Source of the DNA: Candidatus Cloacimonadales bacterium
Lineage (GTDB): Bacteria > Cloacimonadota > Cloacimonadia > Cloacimonadales > DAONDQ01
Direction of reading: 5' to 3'
DNA: 64,000 nucleotides
Assembly (NCBI GenBank): GCA_963662275.1
Contig: OY759316.1
Coordinates: forward strand, 672,001-736,000
A program made the position numbers and the translations under genes. Within the stretch, counting starts at the first letter, position 1; each line of letters starts with the position of its first letter. Below the pieces are notes generated by a model. It worked only from the letters and a program-made list of their open reading frames with translations. It had not been told where the DNA came from and made no database searches. This document shows positions 49,910-59,612 of this stretch, in pieces.

Positions 49910-51397
49910 ATGAGTGAAACCAATATGCAAGAAGATTACAAGAGACTATTGGAAGAGTCGTTTACAAAGACAGCCGAATGGAGCAAAGGTGACGTTGTGG
50001 AAGGTAAAATTGTAACGATCTCCGATAACCATTTATTCATCAGCCTGGACGGCAAATATGATGCCTACGCTGATAAAACAGACTATACTGACGACAAGGG
50101 CAAGCTCCCTTATGAAGTTGGTACTGTTTTAAAGGGCTTCATCATTGATATCAATGATACTGGTATCGTGATTGCTCCAAGCCTTAACAAATCCCATGTG
50201 GATAAAAAAGCGGTGAAAGACGCTTTCGAACAGGAAATACCTGTGAAGGGCAAAGTATTTGGTCAGGTCAAAGGTGGCTTTAGCGTTGATATACTCGGTG
50301 CACGTGCATTCTGTCCAGTTTCTCAGATTGACCTTCGCCCCAATGACAATCCCGGACAATATCTGAATAGAAGTTACGACTTCAAAATAGTCGAATATTC
50401 GGAAAATGGCAGAAACATCATTGTTTCCCGTAAACCTTTATTAGAACAGGCAAACGCTGAAAAAAGAGATAAAGTTATGGGTTCCATCGTTGTTGATGCA
50501 AATCTGAAAGGGATTGTGACAAGAATGACTCATTTCGGCGCTTTTGTTGATTTGGGTGGAATTGAAGGACTTCTTCACGTCTCTGAGATTTCCTGGTCAC
50601 ATGTTGGAAAACCTGAAGAAGTATTAAAAATTGGTGAAGAAATTGAAGTAAAAGTTTTAAAAATTGATGGCGATAAGATATCCCTTTCCCGTAGACAATT
50701 GATGGAAAACCCATCTGATGCAGCTTTCCTAAACTATAAGGAAGGCGACCTCATAAACTGTCGTGTGATGCGTTTACAAAATTTTGGTGTTTTTGTGGAA
50801 TTAATACCGGGTGTTGAAGGACTGATTCCGCTCTCCGAAATGACTCGCGGAAGAAGAATCAATCATCCCCGTGATATCGTCAAGGAAGGTGATTTTGTGG
50901 AAGCCCAAATCTTGAGACTGGACCCGATTGAAAAGAAGATTTCTCTTTCTATGAAAGCTCTCCAGCAGGATCCTTGGGATAATATTGATGAAATTGCTAA
51001 AATTGGTGAAGAAGTTCAGGGAATTGTTGAAAACACTACCGATTTTGGTATTTTTGTCTCTATCCAGGATGGTGTTACAGGATTACTTCCTCGTTCACGT
51101 GTTCCCAGGGATGCACAGTATCATAATGGTGAGGCAATTACTTTAAGAGTATCTTCCGTTGATAAGGAACAAAAGCGCATTTCCTTGGAAACACTCGATT
51201 TCGTACCTGAAGAAAGGGCACCTAGACAGCAGGGGCAACAACAATCCAGTACGCAGTTCAATCCACAGGATCGCGATCGCAAAGGCGGTGGTGATAGAAA
51301 ACAACGTGGACGCGGTAGTAGTAATGATAGCGAATGGAAAAAATATGCCAACGAAAAGAATAGCGTTCCAGAGGATAACCCTTTCAGTAAATTATAA
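49910..51397 (+). CDS. rpsA: Ribosomal protein S1-like protein (about five S1 domains plus a disordered tail)
   Basis: Repeated FG.FV....GV.GL motifs; start at MSETN after GAGG. Confidence 0.8.
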   Translation: MSETNMQEDYKRLLEESFTKTAEWSKGDVVEGKIVTISDNHLFISLDGKYDAYADKTDYTDDKGKLPYEVGTVLKGFIIDINDTGIVIAPSLNKSHVDKKAVKDAFEQEIPVKGKVFGQVKGGFSVDILGARAFCPVSQIDLRPNDNPGQYLNRSYDFKIVEYSENGRNIIVSRKPLLEQANAEKRDKVMGSIVVDANLKGIVTRMTHFGAFVDLGGIEGLLHVSEISWSHVGKPEEVLKIGEEIEVKVLKIDGDKISLSRRQLMENPSDAAFLNYKEGDLINCRVMRLQNFGVFVELIPGVEGLIPLSEMTRGRRINHPRDIVKEGDFVEAQILRLDPIEKKISLSMKALQQDPWDNIDEIAKIGEEVQGIVENTTDFGIFVSIQDGVTGLLPRSRVPRDAQYHNGEAITLRVSSVDKEQKRISLETLDFVPEERAPRQQGQQQSSTQFNPQDRDRKGGGDRKQRGRGSSNDSEWKKYANEKNSVPEDNPFSKL

Positions 51398-51420
51398 GTA
51401 ATTATAAAATCAATGATTAT

Positions 51421-51448
51421 AACCCCATCTCCTAGATGGGGTTCTTTT
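51421..51448 (+). terminator. Intrinsic terminator of the S1 gene; insertion target of the intron
   Basis: AACCCCATCT-CCT-AGATGGGGTT-CTTTT. Confidence 0.85.
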
Positions 51449-53560
51449 GTTTGCCCAGAATGTTTTCTGCGCCGATGGACTGGAAGAAGTCCTGACACCT
51501 AATCAGCGGGAAGTCAACTCGAGGTCAAGGGCGTTGCCGGCAACGGCAGGGTCTGAAGTAAGACGCAGAGGGAATATGGAACATAGCGCAAGTGAACTGA
51601 TGTTGGTTTGTAGAGTGGGTAACCTTTCAAAAAGTGGGAAAGCCCGAAAGCTGGATATCTCTACAGATTATGACAGATGGCTTCATATTCAGGCAGGAGA
51701 ACTTAACTGGGGAAGCCTGTTATTGTCTACTTAAGGTAGTCGTTTCGATCAAGTTGAAAGATAAGTGAGAAGCCAAGCGATAGCAGGTGGCAGATGATTC
51801 CGTAGTAGTGACAAACCTTTTGCCTATGAAAGCTGGTGACAGTCTGGAGGATAAAACAAAAGGGACAGCATTCACGGTAATGCTGAGGGCTGTATCTCAA
51901 AAGGATACAGTTCATGCGAAGGGATGAAGATAATCCAAAGGGATGATTTGAAATGTGGAAAGTAATCGATGAAAAGTGAGAAACGAAGGAAGAAGCTGAA
52001 ATGCTTCGAGGCTCGGTTTGACAGTGGTGACGAACTTCCTTTCAACCCCGACCGCACGAGACTGATTAGTCAGGCAAAGCTCAAAAGCAGCAGTTCTGTC
52101 ATATTGCTATATGCTAAAGAAGGCAGGACACCCTGATGAAGAGACATTCATCCTCGATGAACACCGCAAAACGAATCACAATGAGACAGGAAATGTCATG
52201 AGAAAATACTACAGTTTAATCGACAAAGTGTACTCACTGTCCAACCTGTATGCTTCCTTCACTTCGGTGAAACAGAATAAAGGTGCATCAGGCATTGATG
52301 GGCAGAGTCTAGAAAACTTTGACGAACAACTGGTAGTGAACATCAACCAACTTCACGATGAACTAATGGCAGGCACTTATGAGCCTTCACCGGTAAGACG
52401 TGTAGAGATACCCAAACCCAATGGCAAAATGAGACCGCTAGGCATTCCAACGGTAAGAGACAGAGTAGTGCAGCAGGCAATCCTGAATATCATACAACCG
52501 ATATTTGAGCCTGACTTCCATCCGTCCAGTTATGGCTACAGACCGCATCGGTCTTGCCAACATGCCGTAGCGAAAGCTCAGCGTTTTCTTACAGCGTACA
52601 ATTTGGGTTATGCTGTGGATATGGACTTATCCAAGTGTTTTGACACCTTAGACCACGAACTGATATTGAGCCGTCTGAACAGGAAAATCAGTGATGGTAC
52701 ATTGCTGAGATTAATCAGCCGTTTTCTCAAATCAGGAGTAATGGTCGATGGGGATTTCAAAGCTACTGAGATAGGCAGTCCGCAAGGTGGAGTAATCTCA
52801 CCCTTATTGATGAATATCTATCTGGATGAGTTTGACCAGAGGATGAAACAGCGGAATATCAGGATAGTACGTTATGCTGATGACATCCTGATATTTGCTC
52901 CGACCAGGAAAAAGGCAGAGCAATATCAAAAGATAGCGACAGCGATACTTGAAGAACTTCGCTTGCAAGTCAATCTGGAAAAGACTCATATCAGCAGTGT
53001 CGAAACAGGAATCAGCTATCTGGGATTTTTCATCAAAGGAAGCCGTGTCTGCATCGACAAGGAGCGTTTGAAACGTTTCAAGGATAAGATACGTAAGCTT
53101 ACTCCCCGCAACAGTGGCATCCCAATATCCATGACGATAGGAAGCCTGAATCCTGTACTAAGGGGATGGGGTAACTATTTCAAAGTTGCGAGTTGTAAAA
53201 GCATCTTTGCGAGCCTGATGGAATGGATACGAAGGAGGCTTCGAATGAAGAAGATGCGTGAATGGAAGAGCTGGAAAGCATTCCATAAAGCAATGCGCAG
53301 ACAAGGCTTCAAGGGAGAATGCCCAAAACTATCTATGACCAGATGGCGTAACGCTCAGAGCTTCCACTTATGCTTTGCCTTGCCGAACAAGTGGTTTGAA
53401 GAAATGAAGTTGTTTGATTTGACATCACTTCAGACAAGTGTTTTATTTAATTACTACGAGTAATTACAAGGATTATCAGGAGCCGTGTACGAGACCCGTA
53501 CGCACGGTTCTGTGAGAGGGATGATGCTGGAATTAATTAGCCAGCATCACCCTACTCGAT
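51449..53560 (+). mobile_element. Group II intron, class C-like, copy 1 (2112 nt)
   Basis: 5' end GTTTGCCCAGAATG, defined by comparison with copy 2; short domain V GAGCCGTGTACGAGACCCGTACGCACGGTTC (53480-53510); domain VI ending CCTACTCGAT; inserted 5 nt after a terminator stem. Confidence 0.9.
52198..53463 (+). CDS. ltrA: Group II intron reverse transcriptase/maturase (no endonuclease domain)
   Basis: NKGASGIDG, RPLGIPTVRDRVVQ, SYGYRP, PQGGVISP, YADD and LRGWGNYF; in-frame upstream ATG at 52111 is possible. Confidence 0.93.
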   Translation: MRKYYSLIDKVYSLSNLYASFTSVKQNKGASGIDGQSLENFDEQLVVNINQLHDELMAGTYEPSPVRRVEIPKPNGKMRPLGIPTVRDRVVQQAILNIIQPIFEPDFHPSSYGYRPHRSCQHAVAKAQRFLTAYNLGYAVDMDLSKCFDTLDHELILSRLNRKISDGTLLRLISRFLKSGVMVDGDFKATEIGSPQGGVISPLLMNIYLDEFDQRMKQRNIRIVRYADDILIFAPTRKKAEQYQKIATAILEELRLQVNLEKTHISSVETGISYLGFFIKGSRVCIDKERLKRFKDKIRKLTPRNSGIPISMTIGSLNPVLRGWGNYFKVASCKSIFASLMEWIRRRLRMKKMREWKSWKAFHKAMRRQGFKGECPKLSMTRWRNAQSFHLCFALPNKWFEEMKLFDLTSLQTSVLFNYYE

Positions 53561-53693
53561 TTGTTTACAACTGAAATCAATGTATGATGGAGATATCAAA
53601 TTTCAGAAATATAAATTGACATATTGATTCATTCTTTGATTTGACCACAATATCTATTCTCTTTTGATTCAAAGAATAGAAATCGAGGCTTAT

Positions 53694-54593
53694 ATGCATT
53701 TAACAAGTTTTATAAAAAAAGAGCTGATCTTTTTGGATCGTTCTTTTGAGAACGTTACCGAATTGATACAACAAATTGTTCCAACCATGACACAAAATCT
53801 TCATCTAAACAAATCTTCAGATGAATTGGTTGAATTATTTCTAGCTCGTGAAGCTCAAGATTCAACAGCATACCCAATTGGTATCGGTATACCACATATA
53901 CGAGTCGATAATCTGGCTAATCCCATTATCGCTATTGTTGTTCCCATGAATCATGTTCTGGTGAATAAGATACCTCTCAAGATGTTCATTTTGATCATCA
54001 CTGATAAAATAGCTTCTAAATTGTATTTGAACATTGTGAAAGCCATCCTGACTATTGCTAAAAACACAAAATTTTTCGATGATTTATGTCTGATGACAGA
54101 ATCCGGTTCATTTTTCGATCGATTACATAATGAAGAAATTCGTGTATTAAATGAAATTACAGTTGCTGATATTATGAGTTCACAATTCACAACTATACAA
54201 GAAACAGCCAATATCAAAGAATTAGGGAATTTGCTGGAATCAACCCAATCAGACTATTTTCCAGTATTGAATTCAAATAATCAAGTCACTGGTGAAGTGA
54301 CCCTTTTTGATTATTTGAAAGTAGGAATTCCTAAGTATACTCTTTTACTGGAGAATGTTAAGTTTCCACAGACAATCGAACCTCTTGAAGATATCTTCCG
54401 GAAAGAAGATACCCTCACGATCAAGGAAATAATGACTCCAATCATCTATAAAGTAACAACCGCGTCTTCGATCTCGGAAGCAGTTTTTCAAATGGCGAAA
54501 CGACAAAGCAGATATCTACCAATTTTTCAGGACAATCATTTAGTTGGTATCGTTAGTATTAACGATATCTTCAAAAAAGTAATACGAGGTTAA
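53694..54593 (+). CDS. PTS EIIA domain fused to a CBS pair
   Basis: RE...STAYPIGIGIPHIR; TVADIMS and GIVSINDI CBS motifs. Confidence 0.85.
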   Translation: MHLTSFIKKELIFLDRSFENVTELIQQIVPTMTQNLHLNKSSDELVELFLAREAQDSTAYPIGIGIPHIRVDNLANPIIAIVVPMNHVLVNKIPLKMFILIITDKIASKLYLNIVKAILTIAKNTKFFDDLCLMTESGSFFDRLHNEEIRVLNEITVADIMSSQFTTIQETANIKELGNLLESTQSDYFPVLNSNNQVTGEVTLFDYLKVGIPKYTLLLENVKFPQTIEPLEDIFRKEDTLTIKEIMTPIIYKVTTASSISEAVFQMAKRQSRYLPIFQDNHLVGIVSINDIFKKVIRG

Positions 54594-54595
54594 TC

Positions 54596-55915
54596 ATGTC
54601 ACCACAAATGTTCCTTTCAATAGCTATATTCCTAATAGCATATATTTTTATTTCTACGGAGGTTGTAAATAAGATCATTTCTGCTTTAGCCGGTGCACTA
54701 CTGATGATCGCACTAGGTATTATGAGCGAGAAAATGGCTTTTGGTACTTACGTAGATTGGGATGTGTTATTCCTCCTGATTGGAATGATGCTTATCATCG
54801 GTATTGTTAGACAATCGGGCATATTCCAATATATCGCCATCAAAACAGCAAAGCTGGCAAAGGGCGATCCCGTTCGCATTATGTTGTTCATGTTTGTAGT
54901 CACAGCCGTGATTTCTGCATTTTTACCGAATGTGACGACTATCATGATCGTTGCTCCTGTCACTCTATTAATCGCTACCGAATTAGGAATTACGCCTGTT
55001 CCTCTGATCATTACTCAAGCAATTGCCTCAAATATTGGCGGTACTGCCACTCTTATTGGTGATCCGCCTAACGTTATGATTGGAAGTGCTACCGGTTTGA
55101 ATTTCCTCTCCTTTATTGTCAATCTTGCTCCCGTCATTGTGCTCATCATGACTGCATCCATGTTTGTAGTATATCTGATGTTTGCAAAAAAACTGAAAGT
55201 AACAGAAGCTTCTAAGCTAAAAATCATGGCTTTCAATGAACAGAATGCAATCCAGGATTATCCTCTTTTAATCAAATCTTCTGTCATATTAGGTTTATTA
55301 ATTGCCAGTTTCTTTGCCCAGGGCATTCTTCATCTTGAAGCTGCTACGCTTGCTATGCTTGCTGCTACGTTGCTTCTTATCGTAAGTAAGACAAATGATG
55401 TGGAGAAAATGCTGATGGAAGACATTGAATGGGGCACTATTTTCTTTTTCATCGGTTTATTTATCATTGTCGGTGGGCTTGTTGAATCTGGGGTAATAGG
55501 TAAATTGTCTGTTCTCTTAATGCAATCGACTCACGGTAATTTGACTATAACAGCTATTGCTGTCATCTGGATATCGGGCTTTCTTTCAGCAATAGTGGAT
55601 AATATTCCCTATGTTGCTACCATGATTCCGTTGATTAAAGATGTCGCAGTTCAGATGGGACTTGCCCATCCGGGTATGACTCCTGAGCAAATTGCTAAGA
55701 TGGTGGAACCTCTTTGGTGGTCATTATCATTAGGCGCATGCTTAGGCGGTAATGGAACACTGGTTGGCGCTTCTGCGAATGTCGTCGGCGCAGGTATCTG
55801 TACGAAAGCCGGTTACAAAGTTACATTCTGGGAATTCACAAAATACGGAGCTATATTAACAGTAATATCCTTAATCATCAGCACAGCTTATATTTATCTT
55901 CGTTATCTGATGTAA
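54596..55915 (+). CDS. ArsB/NhaD (IT superfamily) ion transporter
   Basis: SAFLPNVTT, ASNIGGTATLIGDPPN, DNIPY and GGNGTLVGASAN. Confidence 0.9.
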   Translation: MSPQMFLSIAIFLIAYIFISTEVVNKIISALAGALLMIALGIMSEKMAFGTYVDWDVLFLLIGMMLIIGIVRQSGIFQYIAIKTAKLAKGDPVRIMLFMFVVTAVISAFLPNVTTIMIVAPVTLLIATELGITPVPLIITQAIASNIGGTATLIGDPPNVMIGSATGLNFLSFIVNLAPVIVLIMTASMFVVYLMFAKKLKVTEASKLKIMAFNEQNAIQDYPLLIKSSVILGLLIASFFAQGILHLEAATLAMLAATLLLIVSKTNDVEKMLMEDIEWGTIFFFIGLFIIVGGLVESGVIGKLSVLLMQSTHGNLTITAIAVIWISGFLSAIVDNIPYVATMIPLIKDVAVQMGLAHPGMTPEQIAKMVEPLWWSLSLGACLGGNGTLVGASANVVGAGICTKAGYKVTFWEFTKYGAILTVISLIISTAYIYLRYLM

Positions 55916-56068
55916 TTTATACGCTATCACTTTCATATAAACCGGCTTCCCATAAGAAGCCATTTTTTCTTTTTTGAAGCATATAGAATAGAAGTAAATG
56001 AAAAATATCTTGCATGAAAGAAGCTGAAGCACATATTGTAATTTATCAATCTATGAATGGAGATAAAA

Positions 56069-57376
56069 ATGTCTTTTGATATGATCGTTGCTTTAGTAAT
56101 TTTTGTAGTTACATTCATCATCATATCAACAGAAATTATTCATAAACTGATTGCCACTATGCTTGCCAGTATGATTCTGATCTTATTTGGAGTCATGACT
56201 CAAGAGAAAGCCTTTAGTTATATTGATTGGAATGTGCTTTTCCTCCTGGCAGGAATGATGATCATTGTCGGCATCATGAAACATACGGGGGTATTCCAAT
56301 ACATTGCGATCAAAACTGCTAAAGTCGCCAAGGGAAATCCCATACTGATACTATTACTACTTTTTTCTATTACAGCTTTTGTTTCTGCTCTCTTAGATAA
56401 TGTAACTACTATTCTGGTTGTTATTCCAGTAGCTCTTTTAATATCATCAGAACTTCAGATATCACCTATCCCCTTCATAGTGACTCAAGCAATCGCTTCC
56501 AATATCGGAGGTACTGCTACACTAATAGGTGATCCGCCCAACATCATGATTGGCAGCGCTGCCAACCTGAATTTCATGGATTTTATAGTCCATGTTGCCC
56601 CTGTGATTATTATCATCATGATCTTCAGTGTTCTCTTGGCATATTTTCTTTTCCGTAAACAATTCCATGTCCCTGAACACCTGAAACAGCGAATCATGCA
56701 ATTTAATGAACATGATGCAATCACAGATCATAAACTCCTTAAGCAATCTTTGTTCATTTTTGGTTTATTCCTGGCAGCTCTTTTCACCCAGAGTTTACAT
56801 CATATGGAAGCAGCCACTTTGGCTATCTTCTGCGCTGCTGTTTTAATTATTATTGGTAAGAAGCATGTGGATATACTACTAACAGATGAAATTGAATGGG
56901 GAACCATCCTGTTCTTTATGGGTCTTTTTATGGTAGTCGGCAGTTTGGTGGAGACAGGTCTCATTGCTCGAGCAACAGTGTACTTGATGAAAGCAACTGG
57001 TGGTGATATAAAGATTACAGCCATATCCACGATTTGGCTTTCCGGTTTTGCCTCCGGTGTTATTGATAATATTCCTTTTGTCGCAACCATGATTCCCATC
57101 ATCAAAGGAATGGGGATAGAATATGGGCAAATCCATCTCCTGAGCCAACTGCAAATTGCTGAAGTCATCAAACCCCTTTGGTGGTCACTTTCTCTTGGTG
57201 CCTGTCTTGGTGGTAACATGACATTGATCGGTGCTTCCGCCAATGTCGTTTCCGTAGGCTTAGCAAAAAAGGCCGGACATAAAATCTCTTTCTGGCAATT
57301 TACCAAATACGGCATCATCTTCACACTCACGTCCCTAGTCATTTCCACTATTTATATCGTTGTCAGATATTTTTAG
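56069..57376 (+). CDS. ArsB/NhaD (IT superfamily) ion transporter, tandem paralog
   Basis: SALLDNVTT, ASNIGGTATLIGDPPN, DNIPF and GGNMTLIGASAN; start may be 56057. Confidence 0.9.
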   Translation: MSFDMIVALVIFVVTFIIISTEIIHKLIATMLASMILILFGVMTQEKAFSYIDWNVLFLLAGMMIIVGIMKHTGVFQYIAIKTAKVAKGNPILILLLLFSITAFVSALLDNVTTILVVIPVALLISSELQISPIPFIVTQAIASNIGGTATLIGDPPNIMIGSAANLNFMDFIVHVAPVIIIIMIFSVLLAYFLFRKQFHVPEHLKQRIMQFNEHDAITDHKLLKQSLFIFGLFLAALFTQSLHHMEAATLAIFCAAVLIIIGKKHVDILLTDEIEWGTILFFMGLFMVVGSLVETGLIARATVYLMKATGGDIKITAISTIWLSGFASGVIDNIPFVATMIPIIKGMGIEYGQIHLLSQLQIAEVIKPLWWSLSLGACLGGNMTLIGASANVVSVGLAKKAGHKISFWQFTKYGIIFTLTSLVISTIYIVVRYF

Positions 57377-57379
57377 CTG

Positions 57380-57772
57380 AAGCGTACAGGGTACAGCGTA
57401 CAGCGTACAGGGAATAGGGAATAGTTCAGAGCAGAAGTGAGATGTAGCTTCGGGTTAAATCGATTGCAGCTTTGCTATTCCCTTCTGTTTCTCAGCCCTG
57501 TCCGCTGTCCGCTGTATGCTTCCCCTATTCGCTATTCGCTATTTGCTATTCCCTTCTGTTTCTCTGCCCTGTCCGTTGTCCGTTGTCCGTTGTCCGCTGT
57601 ATGCTTCGGCTATTCGCTATTTGCTATTCCCTTCTGTTTCTCAGCCCTGTCCGCTGTCCGCTGTATGCTGTACGCTGTATGCTTCGGCTATTCGCACTTC
57701 GAACTTCGTACTTCGAGATGGGAAGTTAGTTCTGCTCTTCTCTGAAACCTGACACCTAACACCTAACACCTG
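57380..57772. repeat. Mosaic of heptamer repeats (CTGTCCG/CTGTATG, GCTATTC, ACTTCG., CACCTAA) with longer repeated blocks
   Basis: Directly visible; TTTGCTATTCCCTTCTGTTTCTC occurs 3 times. Confidence 0.85.
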
Positions 57773-57828
57773 CCACCCTCTGCAATATGCCCATTCCTAT
57801 CCAACTGCTTCGCTTTAGTACTTTCCTC

Positions 57829-57857
57829 TTGACATTAATTCGATATCGAACTAATAT
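57829..57857 (+). promoter_or_regulatory. Sigma70 promoter with a palindromic operator
   Basis: TTGACA-17bp-TAATAT; ATTAATTCGATATCGAACTAAT palindrome spanning the spacer between the boxes. Confidence 0.75.
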
Positions 57858-57863
57858 GACTTC

Positions 57864-58304
57864 ATGATAAATAAACAAAGCCTGATTGGTAAAATTTCGC
57901 TCCTGCGTGAGCAATTCAATGTTTCCATAGAGAAGCACTTGCAACAATACGGTGCTCCAGACCTGCAGCCATGTCATGGCAGTATCCTGAGTGCTCTTTA
58001 TCGAAATAACGGCAAACTTCAGATGAAAGATATACCTCCTCTCATCCATCGTACTAAGTCAACCGTTAATAGCTTAGTGGAGAATTTAGAGAAAAAAGGC
58101 TATATATGCAAAGTACCTTGTCCTTTGGATGGACGTTGCAGTTTTGTAGAGCTGACAGAAAAGGGACGCTCGTTCCAGGAAAATTTCTGGATAATCTCAG
58201 AACAGGTAAATGCTCAAATATGGCAGGGTTTCAGCGAGGAAGAGAGTTCTATTTTCATGCTGTGGCTGACAAGAATCATGAACAATATGGAAAAGAAAAA
58301 TTAA
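57864..58304 (+). CDS. MarR family transcriptional regulator
   Basis: KSTVNSLVENLEKKGYI...DGRCSFVELTEKG. Confidence 0.9.
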   Translation: MINKQSLIGKISLLREQFNVSIEKHLQQYGAPDLQPCHGSILSALYRNNGKLQMKDIPPLIHRTKSTVNSLVENLEKKGYICKVPCPLDGRCSFVELTEKGRSFQENFWIISEQVNAQIWQGFSEEESSIFMLWLTRIMNNMEKKN

Positions 58305-58358
58305 CTACCCCTACGATTGATATCCAAAATATGATAAGAAATTTGACATATGCAAAAG

Positions 58359-58372
58359 GTTCGATAACGAAC
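58359..58372 (+). promoter_or_regulatory. Second putative MarR operator
   Basis: GTTCGATAACGAAC downstream of TTGACA (58343), before the flavodoxin gene. Confidence 0.6.
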
Positions 58373-58388
58373 TATAAAAGGAGAAAGA

Positions 58389-58937
58389 ATGATGAAAGTA
58401 ATCGCAATTTCAGGAAGCCCCCGCAAGAATGGCAATAGTGAACGGATGATGAACAAGATATTACAGGGAGCTAAAGACAAAGGACATGACACACAATTCT
58501 TCAGAGTGGAAGATATGAACATTCACGGCTGTCGTGGCTGTAATGCCTGCTTTCAACTTGGGCACTGTGCTCATACCGATGACATGCAAAAGATCTACAG
58601 TGCTTTGCAGGAAGCTGATCATGTCATTCTGGGCACTCCTGTTTACATGGAACAGATGACTTCACAGCTCAAAACCATAACGGACAGATTCTTAGCTTTC
58701 ATGAACATGGATTTCACACCCAGATTAACCAAACATCCAAAGCTTACTCTTGTAGTCAGCCAGGGACAGGCAGATGACACATATCTGGAATATTTCCGCA
58801 AGACCATCAAAACCTATTCTATCTTTGGATTTGAACCTGCAGAGATTTTAGTGAGCGGTGGAAATCGAATGCCCGATGACGTGGAAGGCAAGAAAGAAAT
58901 CATGGATAAAGCTTACGCCATAGGTTCTAGGTGTTAG
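58389..58937 (+). CDS. Flavodoxin family / iron-sulfur flavoprotein (Isf-like)
   Basis: GSPRKNGNS, CRGCNAC...C, DDMQ and GTPVY. Confidence 0.88.
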   Translation: MMKVIAISGSPRKNGNSERMMNKILQGAKDKGHDTQFFRVEDMNIHGCRGCNACFQLGHCAHTDDMQKIYSALQEADHVILGTPVYMEQMTSQLKTITDRFLAFMNMDFTPRLTKHPKLTLVVSQGQADDTYLEYFRKTIKTYSIFGFEPAEILVSGGNRMPDDVEGKKEIMDKAYAIGSRC

Positions 58938-58953
58938 GTGTCAGTGAGTACAG

Positions 58954-59390
58954 GCATCCTGTCTAATTTCCCTCCCTTTGGATAAAGAGAGGAATGGATA
59001 ACCTGCATCCTGTCTGATCTCCCTCCCTTTGGATAAAGGGAGGGATTAAGGAGAGTTTGATTCTGCTACTATGAAAGTTACATGAAAGCTAAGATTCGAA
59101 GTTCCTAATCAGCTTTTCAAACTCTCCGACACTGAAGTGCCACCTCTCTTTATCCAAAGAGAGGAATGGATAACCTGCATCCAGTCTGATTTCCCTTCCT
59201 TTGGATAAAGAGAGGAATGGATAACCTGCATCCTCTGATCTCCCTCCCTTTGGATAAAGGGAGGGATTAAGGGAGAGTTTGATTCTGCTACTATGAAAGT
59301 TACATGAAAGCCAAGATTCGAAGTTCCTAATCAGCTATTCAAACTCTCCGACCTGAAGGTCACCTCCCTTTATCTAAAGGGAGGAATGGT
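58954..59390. repeat. Tandem duplication (~223-bp period) of a BIME-like REP cluster
   Basis: CTCCCTTTGGATAAAGGGAG hairpins in both orientations; whole block repeated twice; related sequence at ~7108-7180. Confidence 0.85.
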
Positions 59391-59612
59391 CACTGAAACC
59401 TGATACCTGACACCTAATACCTGATGTATCTCCAGAGATTTCCAAAACAACAAAACTCTTGACAAGTACTATATAGTTGTGTATGAATAAAATATATAGT
59501 GGAGATTGAGGATTATCACTTAGCACTTCGTTCTCTTTCAGAATTGAATCTTGATTTAGTCTATGGTAAAATTATAAATAATATATCCGAACTATAATTT
59601 AAGGAGGATACA

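Noticed and set aside
51447..51734. ORFs 51447..51734 and 62332..62664 as genes
   Set aside because: They lie in intron domain I RNA; their similarity just reflects the duplicated intron
52130..52185. CTGATGA as a hammerhead ribozyme core
   Set aside because: No correctly placed GAAA or stems, and the surrounding sequence is not conserved in copy 2
52198..53463. RT as a retron, DGR or defence RT
   Set aside because: It has RT0 and maturase X domains and is followed by intron domains V and VI; no TR/VR pair or msr-msd was seen
57437..57752. Three overlapping Cys-rich ORFs
   Set aside because: Artefacts of stop-free heptamer repeats
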